Source: Yuukianura sp. NJ FZ-2021
Taxonomy: Eukaryota
Length of the DNA stretch: 64,000 nt
Reading direction: 5' to 3'
Assembly: GCA_046563655.1 (NCBI GenBank)
Contig: CM102283.1
Location: 6,634,001-6,698,000, forward strand
Below, in pieces: positions 53,343 through 64,000 of the stretch. Under the pieces are notes generated by a model that saw only the letters and a program-made list of their open reading frames with translations, ran no database searches and had not been told where the DNA came from. Within the stretch, counting starts at the first letter, position 1; each line of letters begins with the position of its first letter. Position numbers and translations under genes: made by a program.

Positions 53343-54442
53343 AGAATTTTTTTGCAATTTGCTATTCAGTTCAAGGCATAGCAAAATATGACGCCCATTT
53401 GCTTATTTTTGTGGCAAAACTTGGAGTAGAAGTGCAGCAAAGCTAAAATTTTCTAAATCAAACTTAAAAGTGAAAGTTAGGTGGAGAAAGTGTAGAAAAT
53501 TCTTCATTTCCTCCTTCATCCACTCTTCATTTCCATTTCATTCTTTAGAAATTGCATTTTTGGAACAGTTTTTCATTCTGAAGGAGAGAAACTTTGTATA
53601 TCCACCAAAAAATATTCGTTTTCAAGTAGGTATGACTAATTTAATTTGGAAACGAGATCTTATTACGGCATCACTTTAGCAAATGTTTAGAAAAACGCCT
53701 GCATATTTAGATGTAAAATCCAAGTCTTAATTAAAATTAAAAATAAAAGTTAATTAAAAGACTTAGCATTTCAATTGAAAGTGGAGCATCTGCCTTCTGA
53801 AGATGTCAACGGATTGAGCGGTGACTAACAACTTTTTTTTAATAGTATAAATGACAATGGGAAGTCTAATTAACATAACACCTGTGGTAGCATAGGTGAC
53901 CAAAGTGAGGGGGAGGAGCTACACAGATCAACATCTCCTATTGGTCCAGAATAGCATCTAAAAATTTATACAGTCAATTTACAAATACAACTGCCGCTGA
54001 TCACACTTCCCCAGCGTTCTTTACCGTGTGCCTCCCGGTACTGCTCCAATACTCACCCCACTTCAATTTCGAGCCTGCTTGTTCCAGCCTTAAAATACCA
54101 GAGAAGCCTCACTTTGGTTCCGTTTTCAATTGCAAATTGGAAATTTACCTTAGTAGGATCCAGAAATGCTGCCTCCCAGTCTTTATGTACTTCTAAAACC
54201 ACAATCGGACAAATAGAAGCCTCTCCAATTAGAAATTCACCCCTCCTAATAAACTTCTAATAAAACTTCTATTTAAAATGAAATGTTGTTGAGGCAGTAT
54301 GATGATCCGGAGCACAAGCTAAAAATGCTTCCAGTCCTGTAAAAACAACTTCGGAAGCAGCAGTCGCGTTAGATTCTAGTCTTTAGTTCTAGTCAGAAGC
54401 CAGCAATACCGATCGTCTAGTCTTGTTAGGTCACATTGCATC

Positions 54443-56132
54443 ATGGCGGAATCATTGTCACGCCCATGTTCTCAACCAGATTTGTCAGATCACGACCCCT
54501 CCAGCACATTTTCCGTGGCCTTTGAAGAAAATGCTGGAGAAATTAACACCAACCTAGCTAAAACTTCAAGTTTCGACAGAACTCAAATTCTGCCGACGAT
54601 TGGTCCGGATGGATCGTTTGACCCCGGTGACCTCTCTGTTTCTCCACAGCAACTTCCGATCTCCTTTCCCTCTTCAGTGATTTGTCAGAATGGATCAGTA
54701 CGTCGTAGGACTTTTGGCAGCAGAAATCCAAGTTTGTGTCCAGACGAAGACTACAGCAGTGGAGAAATTGATGTCGAAGGGGATGAAGAACGAAGTGGCA
54801 ATACGACTACAAATAGCAGCGTCTACGCTTCCAGAAACAATTCAATTGAAGTCTTGTCCGTCAAACAGGAAGTGGCCGATGGCCTGGAACAGACTGAAAT
54901 TGAAAATGGCGCCATTCCGAATGACCATTGTGACACAAGTCAAGTTGGGTTTAATGAGTATGGGTTACTGGAACCTATTCCAAGCACGGCTCTGATTCAG
55001 GATCGAAATCTCTTTGAAGCCGAATCGGGTGACACTGACTCACAACATCACCATCCTGGACTCCATGACCATGATGCTGAGCACCAATTTCAAATGGGCA
55101 TGCATCTTCAGCAATATGGAATGGGCACGGTGATTCGGACTCCGCCGGCGCAGTACTTGTACAATGACCCAAGTCAGGGAATGCCCATGACCCACAGTAC
55201 AATTGTTGATCCGAATACGGGACAACAAATTTTTATTTCGGCTCATAACTCGCTAGATGAAATGTCGCTTCCAATGCATCTTGCTTACTCTCACCAAGTG
55301 ACGATTGAGCGACATCCGAATCCAAGACACTGGAAATCTGCAACTCAGAGTGAAAAAGGTAAAGCTTTCGCTTTCAATTTTTTGAAAACGAGTAAACTTT
55401 TTTTCAAAGTACTCGTCAAATTGTTTAAAAAACGCTGGATATGGGTTCTTAGAAGCTGAACTGCTGAAGATGCGTTACTCGTTTATCAACTCAGAAGGTG
55501 CGAAAAAAGTTAAAATTAAGTTTCTTTTTATTTTTAACGAGGTTTGTCCTATAACACGAACGCGTCTTTGTTTAGATTTCTAAAAACCGTTCTCGCGTTT
55601 ACAAAATTTGAAAAAAAGAACAACAGTAATCACAGTTTTTTGATTTCCAGATTACAAGAAATCAGCGTGCGACCGCGAGCGTACGAGAATGAGAGACATG
55701 AACCGTGCGTTTGACGCTTTGCGACAACGTTTGCCCTCAACAAAACCTCCAGGAAAAAAACTATCCAAAATTGAGTCCCTTCGACTCGCCATCCGACATA
55801 TCCGAAATCTCCAAGATCTTCTGGAGTATCCTCCTGGTCCAGGTCGAGACGATGACCCGGCACTGAACTTAATTCACCATGACTTACCACCACATGGATA
55901 TCCACCACAAGCTCATCTTCAACAGTCCCCTCTCATCCACTTTGTTAGTCACCCAAATATACCGCCAGCACACTTTCATCATGAACATGACCATTTGCTT
56001 CCGGATCACCCCGGAACTCCACATATTCAATACTTTGCTCAACCTCATCAGTTTCCACCACCAAATGACCTCATGAATCCATCTCTTGACCAATCTGAGG
56101 GAGGAGACTATAGGGAAGAAGGAGACTTTTAG
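54443..56132 (+). CDS. sage: Mesp-family bHLH transcription factor, sage-like (exons 54443-55358, 55651-56132)
   Basis: [50 protein letters not shown] closely matches the sage bHLH as I recall it. Confidence 0.88.
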
Positions 56133-56169
56133 TTCTTGTTTGGATAGGAATAGGAATGCTCAAGTTCCG

Positions 56170-56560
56170 ATGGTGCCAGAAACGAAACGAAACTAGTTTC
56201 CGATTCCATTCGCACATTTTTCCACGAAATAAAAGTTAGTTTCCGTTTCGTTTCCAGTTCCATGGTGTGGTGGAGGGAACCCTCTACGTCACTACATGGA
56301 ACTGGAAACGAAACGTTCCGGGAATTTTTAAATTTGAGATTTTCTGAGTCAATTTTTTATGGAAAATGAATCAAAAATACAGAATATTGAAATTTTGTGC
56401 TTACATGCTCTTGGTGTTTATTTCTCGCTAATGCCGGACAGTAGTAAAAGATAGGGATACCGCCGCCGTTTCCGTGTAAAACGGAAAGTCGTTTTTTGAA
56501 TTTTCGAAACGGTGCCTTTTCGTTTTGTTTCCGTTTTCGCCATAAAATGGAGAAAACGGA
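56170..56560. repeat. AAACG/CGTTT-rich foldback repeat, including a 72-nt hairpin at 56244-56315
   Basis: Perfect 21-bp arms cgtttcgtttccagttccatg / catggaactggaaacgaaacg, plus scattered aaacgg/ccgttt units. Confidence 0.7.
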
Positions 56561-57071
56561 AATCAGAAAAACCAGGGCAAATGCCCACGTTTGCTCCTCC
56601 CGTACGGAAATTTTAAAAAATTAAAAATTAAACGTCAAAATTATCGTCCACTCTAACAATTTTGACCACATTTGGAATGATATGAAGTGGATTTTCGAAG
56701 GGCAGAAAATATACTTCGTTTGTTGATTTCGAATTCAAAACCAGGGACATCAGCTAAATTTTAGAATTCAGTGTGATTTAACACCAGGAACATCAGCTGA
56801 AAAATTAGAATTCATTTTTAAATGGTTACAACGGCGTCGACTTTTCGGTGAATAAGACTGTAGTTGCAAACTAATTTTTAAAACTAAAAACACCATAATC
56901 AAAATAAAATGTACTTGTTTTTTTTTGGTCATACATTAAAATATTTTAATTCACTCCGAAGTATTTTTAAAATACTGAAGCTGTAGAAAACGTTTCCATA
57001 TCTAGTGAATTAAGGGTGCTCATCTGTGTCACCCATTCCGCTAACTTTTATTTGCCTATCGGTAGGTAATG

Positions 57072-57798
57072 CTACACTGCTTGGACCACTTCGTACTAAA
57101 AAGGAACATAAAGTATTAAGCTCAAGATAATGAACTGCTAATTGACAATTGGTAATTTAGCACCTACTTTATAGATGTCCAGAGAAGTTTCTATGAAGTT
57201 TTTCAGTTGGACGTAGGCTTCTGTGAAGTCGTCTGGAGTTTGGTCACTTTGACATAAGGCGAAATGTCACTCTGTACCTCCCCATCCGGAATGTTTTCCC
57301 GCATCTCTTCTTCAGAATTCTGAGCTTCCTTTTTCAGTAACTCAGCTGTCCCCTGTTTAAATAAATTTCATGAAAACAGGACATCAAAAATGCTATTCAA
57401 AACGATTTGAAACAAACCTCCAGTTTCACTTTTTTGAGGAAGTCGTGCACAACGAGCAGCACGTCCTCGTCGACATGTGCGTCAGACGCCTGATGATGAT
57501 GCGTTTCTCCGTTCACGTAGACATTCGTGCTTGGATCTTGGTTTGGATGCTGTTGGTGAGGTTGGTTGTACTCCGTCATGACGTGTTCAGTAGAATTGGC
57601 TAAGTGATGATGGTGTTGATGCTGGGATATCATGTCAGAATGTACATGGTCTGGAACCACGTCTTGCTGCTGATGCGGAGGGTGCTGATGGATTGGGACG
57701 GCCATGTCTACTCCAATTTGTTGGTGGACATTAACCTTAGCAGTATCGTGGTCATAGTTGTCGTCCTCCTCAGAATTCTGCTGATATCCACCGTCCAT
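57072..57798 (-). pseudogene. TAF5-like 5' fragment (LisH + start of NTD2), frameshifted and truncated
   Basis: DVLLVVHDFLKKVKLE|GTAELLKKEA (LisH); after a 1-nt frameshift near 57248-57250, FTEAYVQLKNFIETSLDIYK|YEVVQAV*; no WD40 repeats follow. Confidence 0.7.
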
Positions 57799-57937
57799 CT
57801 TCGAAAAACTGCAAAAAACAATACAATTAGTCAGGTCTCTTGTCCCTTTTAATTTAAACGTAAACTTACTTGAAATATTTGCTCAAACGTAAGGCTAATA
57901 AGGTAATTGGTTAATCGATCTTTCTTTCTTTCTTTCT

Positions 57938-58195
57938 AACAATTTGGCTTTAGAAACAAATTTTTTCGAAGCAATTCGGCTTTTGAAACAATTCTTTTAG
58001 AAACAATTTTGTTCGAAGCAATCTGCCATTAGAAGCAAATGACCTTTAGAATTAGAAGCAATGTTTTTAGAAACAAATCCGTTTGAAACAATTTTGCGTT
58101 AGAAACAATTTGTCTTTAGAAGGAATTCGATTTGAAACAATTCCTTCGAAACAAAGTGCTTAGAAGCAATTTATTTGAAACAATGGCGTGCTCCC
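57938..58195. repeat. Minisatellite-like array of ~15-17-bp units (GAARCAAT..TT core), about 16 copies, ending ggcgtgctccc
   Basis: Repeated agaaacaatt / cgaagcaat / tgaaacaat with variable T-rich spacers. Confidence 0.8.
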
Positions 58196-58331
58196 GTAGC
58201 GGTTTGGCAGAATATACGCCCGGCTACTATTAGAGACCGGCGTTTATTTCTAAATCTTGGTCGAACCTCATGGCGTTTAATGGTGACCCGGCGCTTGCTA
58301 GAGACCGTCGCTTACTAGAAGTTTTACGGTA
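58196..58331. mobile_element. Truncated TA-flanked MITE-like element (CCGTA-type end) in the last USP exon
   Basis: Ends ..gaagttttacgg-TA like the 19748-19843 element (..gaagtttacgg-TA); internal sub-repeats cccggc...tagagaccg.cg. Confidence 0.65.
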
Positions 58332-60846
58332 GGTTTCCAAAACGAGTTTACACTCTTGGCAAAACTCGGCTATTTCCAAGTCAGGTCCTCCGCCACACCT
58401 TCAAAAAGTTTTCAAATAAGTAGCCAATGTCAGTGAATATTTGTAGATGTTAATATTTGTTACGAACCTAATGGCGTCCCAAACAACATCCGGTACCCAA
58501 GTAGCACTCATTTGCAAATTATCAACTGGAGCCAGACGACCATGAGGACAAACGACATCAGTATTGTCCAATGGAATCTTCTCCGCTGCCCACATGTACT
58601 GCGTAAGCCATTTACGTGAGATGAGATGGAACTTTTTAGTTGCCGCGGGATAACTATCACATTTTGCCCAAGTGGCGAGTAGTTGACGCTTTGAATCACT
58701 TTCATGCTGGTCTGTGTCCCATTTGCTACAAAGAAAACCCAATGCAAGGTCATTTTTCAACAGCTTCAACATAAAAAAAAGACTTTAAAAATAAACAATT
58801 ACTGGTAGAATAGGATGTAGGCTTCACAGTTTTCGACTACTTCAGGGCTCACTTCTACGACCCGGCAGTCGTCAGTTATGTACCATCTATCTTGCTTTCG
58901 GATATAGGCAATGTAATGACCCACCCCAATCGAGCCGTGATGACAGATCACACCCATCAATCGATAATTTGTAACTCGATCTGGACAATCTAAAAGTAAT
59001 GGTAATCATCAAAATCACACAAAGTTAGAGTGGTGCAAGTAAAGTAAAAGTACGAAAAGTATGAAATGGAAGTAAAAGTACCTGGGTGAAGGAAAGGTCG
59101 AACATCCAATCCATCCAAGGGGAATTTGACGAACTTGCTGATTTTACGTGGAACAGCGCCAGGCGTAGATTCCACAATGCGAAATCGTTTTAAGTGAACA
59201 CAGAGAACTTCCGGCAAATGGTACAGGGAGCAACGCTTGAGCCCATTCCTTAGCGTCTTGCATTTCTCACAAGAGTACATGTTCTTGTCTAAAAATGAAA
59301 ATTACAATTTCAATCCTTACAAAACGTTCACCAAACGAAGTAGTAATATTTGACATGAATAATCCAAATTACCTTTTAGTTCATCCGAGGAGAAGAAAGC
59401 AGCGAGGCAGTCGTTGAGAGAAGGAGATGGGCCCCAAATCAACCATTTCAACCATTCCATGGCCCAATCGTACCAACCAAGGGGCTCTTCACCGTCTTCC
59501 AGATACATTTCGTCTCGCTGTTGCAAAGCTGTAAACTCTTCCTGCGTCGGAATTGGCAGGCTCAGGTCTTGGAACAATTCCAAGCGACGAGACGTTCTGA
59601 GTAAATGAAAACTTAGGTTATGTTGAGCGATTAGCAAGTGTAAGGTTATATTTTCAGTTATTTTACTAACTCATGGCAGGAGAGGCATTGGACAGAGGAC
59701 TCCAGTTGTCCGTTGCAGACGTCGTCCAAAATGGACTTCATGGTAACTTTCACTGGTGGAATGGTTGAAGCTAAAGAATACACAGCACTGTCCACGGTAT
59801 CAGTAAAGGCAGCATGGATGAGGTTTGACTTGTTTGTTCCATCATCGTTGGACACTGTTTCTTCAGATCCGTTCCCTGAGTCTGCGGTTTCAAAAGACTC
59901 TGTGTCAGACTCTAAAAAAAGTGAAAGATTTAAAACGGCAACATATACAAGTTTTGTGAATCCAGTTATGCTTGTACCATGTTCACGGTCTTCATTCCCT
60001 TTCGAATGTTCTTCAAAAGTAAAATGTGGCACTTCAGTTCCCATAGCCAGAGTTCCCATGATGAGACGGAGAAACTCCTGCGAGTCATGCTGTTCCAGTC
60101 CACGAAACATGGGATGAGCCAACCAAATGTCCCGAAACAGATGGGACGGCTTCACAGGGCTTTGGTTTGAATGACTGAAAAATTCTTTCAAAAACTCCCG
60201 GTAGCTGTGACATATACGGGAGCTTCTTGTTTCATCTACAAAAATCAAATACAAACGGTTAAATTCAATCAAAAGCAGTAAGTTACGTTTTTAGTAGCGT
60301 GAGAACCTGCAGGATTAGAATCATGTAACGGCCCTTTCGTCAAGTACGACGTCAGCTGAGAAATGGAGGCGAGGTTTTGTAAGACTGCATTCATGTAGCA
60401 AGTATTCCCCAGATTTTGTATTCCGTTTGGAGGGGAATTCCAGTGATCATCTCGTGAGAACGAAATTGCAGGAGTCAGTCGCGGATTACGACTATCTCCG
60501 ACAACTTCCCGATTGCACAAGTGACACCACAACCTCCCACTGCTAACATTTTCCTGGATGACGTGACCCGGACTTTCCTATTTCAGATAAATGAAAACTT
60601 AAGTCAACTTCTCTTCAACAACTGGACATGACCACTCAACATGATCGTGTAGCAACTTACTTGATAATGTACTTGGGCATGATCCCTCACACGACCACCG
60701 CAAAAGACAAGGCCACAGTCGATCGTATGGCATCTCCACAAGTTTCTTTTAGTTTTACATTGACTGCACCTTGGTTGTCTAGACGTCCTTGGTGGCCCTA
60801 TTCCTACAACATGCGGACAGAAGGAAAAGTTGATGAAGTTTTCCAT
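58230..60846 (-). CDS. USP20/USP33-like ubiquitin carboxyl-terminal hydrolase (zf-UBP + USP + one DUSP)
   Basis: CPH..CSQC..NLWRC..CGLVFCG..DHAQVH..WCHLC zf-[92 protein letters not shown]. Confidence 0.9.
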
Positions 60847-61652
60847 CTTGTTGTATTCAGCTCCCTTGAAGGCTTTCTCAGATGTTTGTGATACTGAAAC
60901 AGAGAGACCAAAATGATTTGGTTAAGATTTGTCACTATTACCGTAATTTAGTACTCGTGTCAAGAATTCTGATATGCACAGCCAAACTTGCGGAATTTGG
61001 CTGATGTTAAGGACAATTCTTCACGCCGTCCCGTCCTCGTCAGCCATTATCCGTACTTACGTTACGAGTAGCAAGTTAGCAACTAACTCACGAGACAAGG
61101 ATACAAGAACAAATAGTAATCATTCCAACACGTCTGTAAACAATGAAATAACAGAGTGTCTTACTTACCCATTGCCGTTTATGTTTCGAACTGACTTTGA
61201 AGCTAATGGTGTTGCGAGTCAGCTGATTGACACTGACAGTGTCGGTGTCTCCCGGTTTTTTCTACAACTGGACCCCGGCTGTTAACGATCTCAGTTACAT
61301 AGACTTAATCGAACTAATTAGTAATTGATGACACTTGAGCTTACGAAGTTCGACACTTCCTATTAGGAAGTTCCTAAAAGATGACCAGCAAATGGATAAA
61401 TGGAACTTGACAGTGCGAAAATGTGAATGTGAGTGAGATGAATTTGCATTTTGTCTGACTTTTTCCCTGTCTGTCACTTCAGAGAATTAGAGTGATTGCG
61501 CAGTAGCAGTAGCAGAAGTGACCTAATGTTGACACAGTAACTACAAATGAAGCTTAAAATAATATTAAGTTAGTTAGATTAATTACTAATCTAACTTCCC
61601 ATAAAGTCCAGTTTAATTGCCGCCTACGAATTTATGAAGATTCAATTAAAAT

Positions 61653-63638
61653 TTATGGGGAAATAACGCCGTTAATAAAATCCAAGTACGCCGTCACGCG
61701 ACTAAAAGTGATGGGCTTTCCATTTCCACAATTTTCTGAACCAAAAGACAGGACACCTAACTGAACAAACCAATCCATCATTCTAGACGAATCTGGTCGG
61801 ATCTTTTCCTGATGAAATCGATCTCGATGAGACTTGGTAAAGTAGCACTGGTTGACCTGATTATCGTCATTAACAACAGCTGGAACTTCTTCAGCAATAT
61901 TTGGAGTACGACTGAATCGGGCAATAAGAGGAGCACCAGAGTCACCACGACAAGGAGATCCATCCCCAGTTACCGTATCAGTACATAACATATTTCCAGT
62001 TATCAAGTTTCGGTAAGTTTTACGGCATTCCTCGTTTGAAATGACAGGCATTGTGGCTTTTCTCAAGACAGGAGTCACTGGATGTTCATCGATTCCGTGC
62101 GAAGCTAGAAAAGACAAAAAATGAGTAGTTAACGAAGGTTAAAGGCTCAAGAAAGTATTGAAAATGTGCTGCACTTGCCTAAAATGTCATCGCCCCATCC
62201 CATTGTGGTCAAATTCCAGCCGACGAAGCTATTTCCCATTGAATGGGCAGTTGGCAAGTACACCGGCTGAACGAAAGCGTCAGTACGAATTTGTCGATGG
62301 AATTTGATAACAGCAATATCATTGACGGTAGTAACTGGATCATAATTTGGATGCTTCACAACGCTTTTCTCTGCCTGTACAACACGATACTGTCTTGTGT
62401 CTTCGTCCTTGCGCATGTCATGAACTCCAAAGTATAACTCAATCTTCTTTGTTCTAAAAGTGTCCAATTTTCAAAATTAACCAAGCATTACTGCCAAGAT
62501 TTTTATTTGAATGTTAACTCACCCTTCTGGAATGCAATGAGCTGCAGTAAGGACATGCAGATTGTCAATTAAGGATCCGCTACAAAGTTTTTCGTCGTCA
62601 ATGATCATGGCTACCACAAATGGAAATTCATGCGGAACGGCTCCTTGTCCTCCGACGATTCGTTGACGTTGTGGAATTTCTCCAGTTGAATCTGGTGGTA
62701 ACGTGATAGGAAGGTAATCACAAATGGCCGTAACGTCAGTGCTGTTTCCATAGTTGACTGGAGGTGGATTTGCACTTCCAGTAGTAGATTCGTCAGCCAC
62801 AAGGCGCCGTGTTACAACATAGGCCATTTTGAATCCACGGTAACTAAAGATGTCAAAGCCTGACGTAAATCTTATGCCAACCTTGTTGCCAACGCTGTCC
62901 AAGGAAATCGGGGCAAGACGGTTCATGTCTCCAGTTAACCTTTAGAAGTAAAACAAAACTTAGAGTTCCCAAAACAAGGAAAAATTTTTGGAAAAAATAC
63001 CGATAGAAGTCGTTCCATTTTCCGTTTAAAGATACAGCAAGGTAATCATGGAAAAACAGAAACCAAGGCTGAGTCACGACGTCAAAAAATGTTAATCGAA
63101 TGACAGTTCCAGGTTCACTCTAATTGGACAAAAAAAATTTAATATTAATTAAAATTATTACTTTGATGTTGTAAATAGTCCAGATAAACCTGTATGGTCC
63201 ATTGACATCTAAGTCCTGCCGCATAATTCTTGGGATACTTCGGAGAAGTGATGACACCGGATGAACCAATCGTCAAGTTTTCAAACTCTTGTGAGCACTC
63301 TTTAAAAAAAATGGAAATATTTACATTTTAGAAAAAATTTTCAGGTTTCAGAAAAGTTGGTTACCTTTTTGTGGTCGAAATGCATCTTCGCCTTCATTCC
63401 GTTTTTCAAAACCAATGTGGGATGGATTTGGCAAATATTGGAACAATCTGAACGGATAGTTCCAGTCAAAAGCGTATGAAGGCGTCAACCCGGTAAGTTT
63501 ACTCGACAGTTTGATTTGATTCTAAAGAAATACAATGCATTAATTTTTTACTCTTAACCAGAATAAAGATTTTTGATTCTTTACCCCGCAGGAATACGAA
63601 ATTAAAAGCAGGAAACAGCAGAACTGAAAATACGCCAT
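61653..63638 (-). CDS. Secreted CUB-domain S1 serine protease, chymotrypsin/brachyurin-like
   Basis: Signal exon MAYFQFCCFLLLISYSCG (63638-63585); CUB (GVITSPKYPKNY..CQWTI..HDYL..RFTS..RGF); RIVGG; TAAHC; NDIA; SPCRGDSGAP. Confidence 0.92.
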
Positions 63639-64000
63639 TTTGGAAGGAAGCACGACGACAAATTGTCAGATTGCAAAAAAAAACCCTGTACGTCTGAATC
63701 CAAATGTCTCGTTTCAATTTGAATCGCTTTTGCCAATTGTTTTAAAAGTGTTCATTAATTCAGGTAGTTGAAGTTATTAATTAATCAATTAGTATTCAAA
63801 AATATTTCGCCACTTGCGAATTCATGATTTATTACGGACTAACCCAACACGAAAATGTGATAGTGGTCCGAGACTTCTAATTTGATTTTGTTGCTTTGTT
63901 GCTTGCGAGGTAGCTAAAATCCTGGAGAGGTGCTTGACACTTAAATTGTTGAATTATTCCGGTAATGGTTCTAATGATGAGCTGGTTTGTGTCCATCGAC

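Noticed and set aside
57938-58195. Repeat-spacer-like array superficially resembling CRISPR
   Set aside because: Units are only ~15-17 bp and degenerate, spacers are short and T-rich, the context is eukaryotic and there are no cas genes; treated as a minisatellite.
60941-61285. ORF 60974-61285 and short uORFs in putative USP 5' UTR exons
   Set aside because: No homology; the UTR exon structure is too uncertain to claim function.

Overview
Gene-dense eukaryotic DNA, AT-rich with many 55-110 nt GT-AG introns. The genes are arthropod-type; a compact hexapod genome such as a springtail is my inference only. About 19 protein-coding loci can be rebuilt by hand: a trithorax/MLL methyltransferase, a 4-TM orphan, a C19orf47-type SAM-like protein with an apparent SENP6/7-type PH-like domain, WAC carrying an intronless XRCC3-like ORF in one intron, GALE, a membrane-anchored GILT-like protein lacking its catalytic Cys, SLC25A19, an astacin, a small secreted orphan, a UIM-bearing Ulp1/SENP protease, an orphan, a three-exon PH-like protein that the ORF track only shows in fragments, DYNC2LI1, Sec61-gamma, NIFK, sage, a USP20/33-like DUB and a CUB-serine protease. 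There is also a frameshifted TAF5 5' fragment, a divergent tRNA-Lys(CTT) and several MITE-like foldbacks. The most unusual item is the WAC/XRCC3 arrangement: splice phases allow the XRCC3 ORF to act as an in-frame cassette exon of WAC, giving a WW-XRCC3 chimera and a dual-frame downstream exon. All family assignments come from recalled motifs, not database searches, and exon boundaries are manual predictions.
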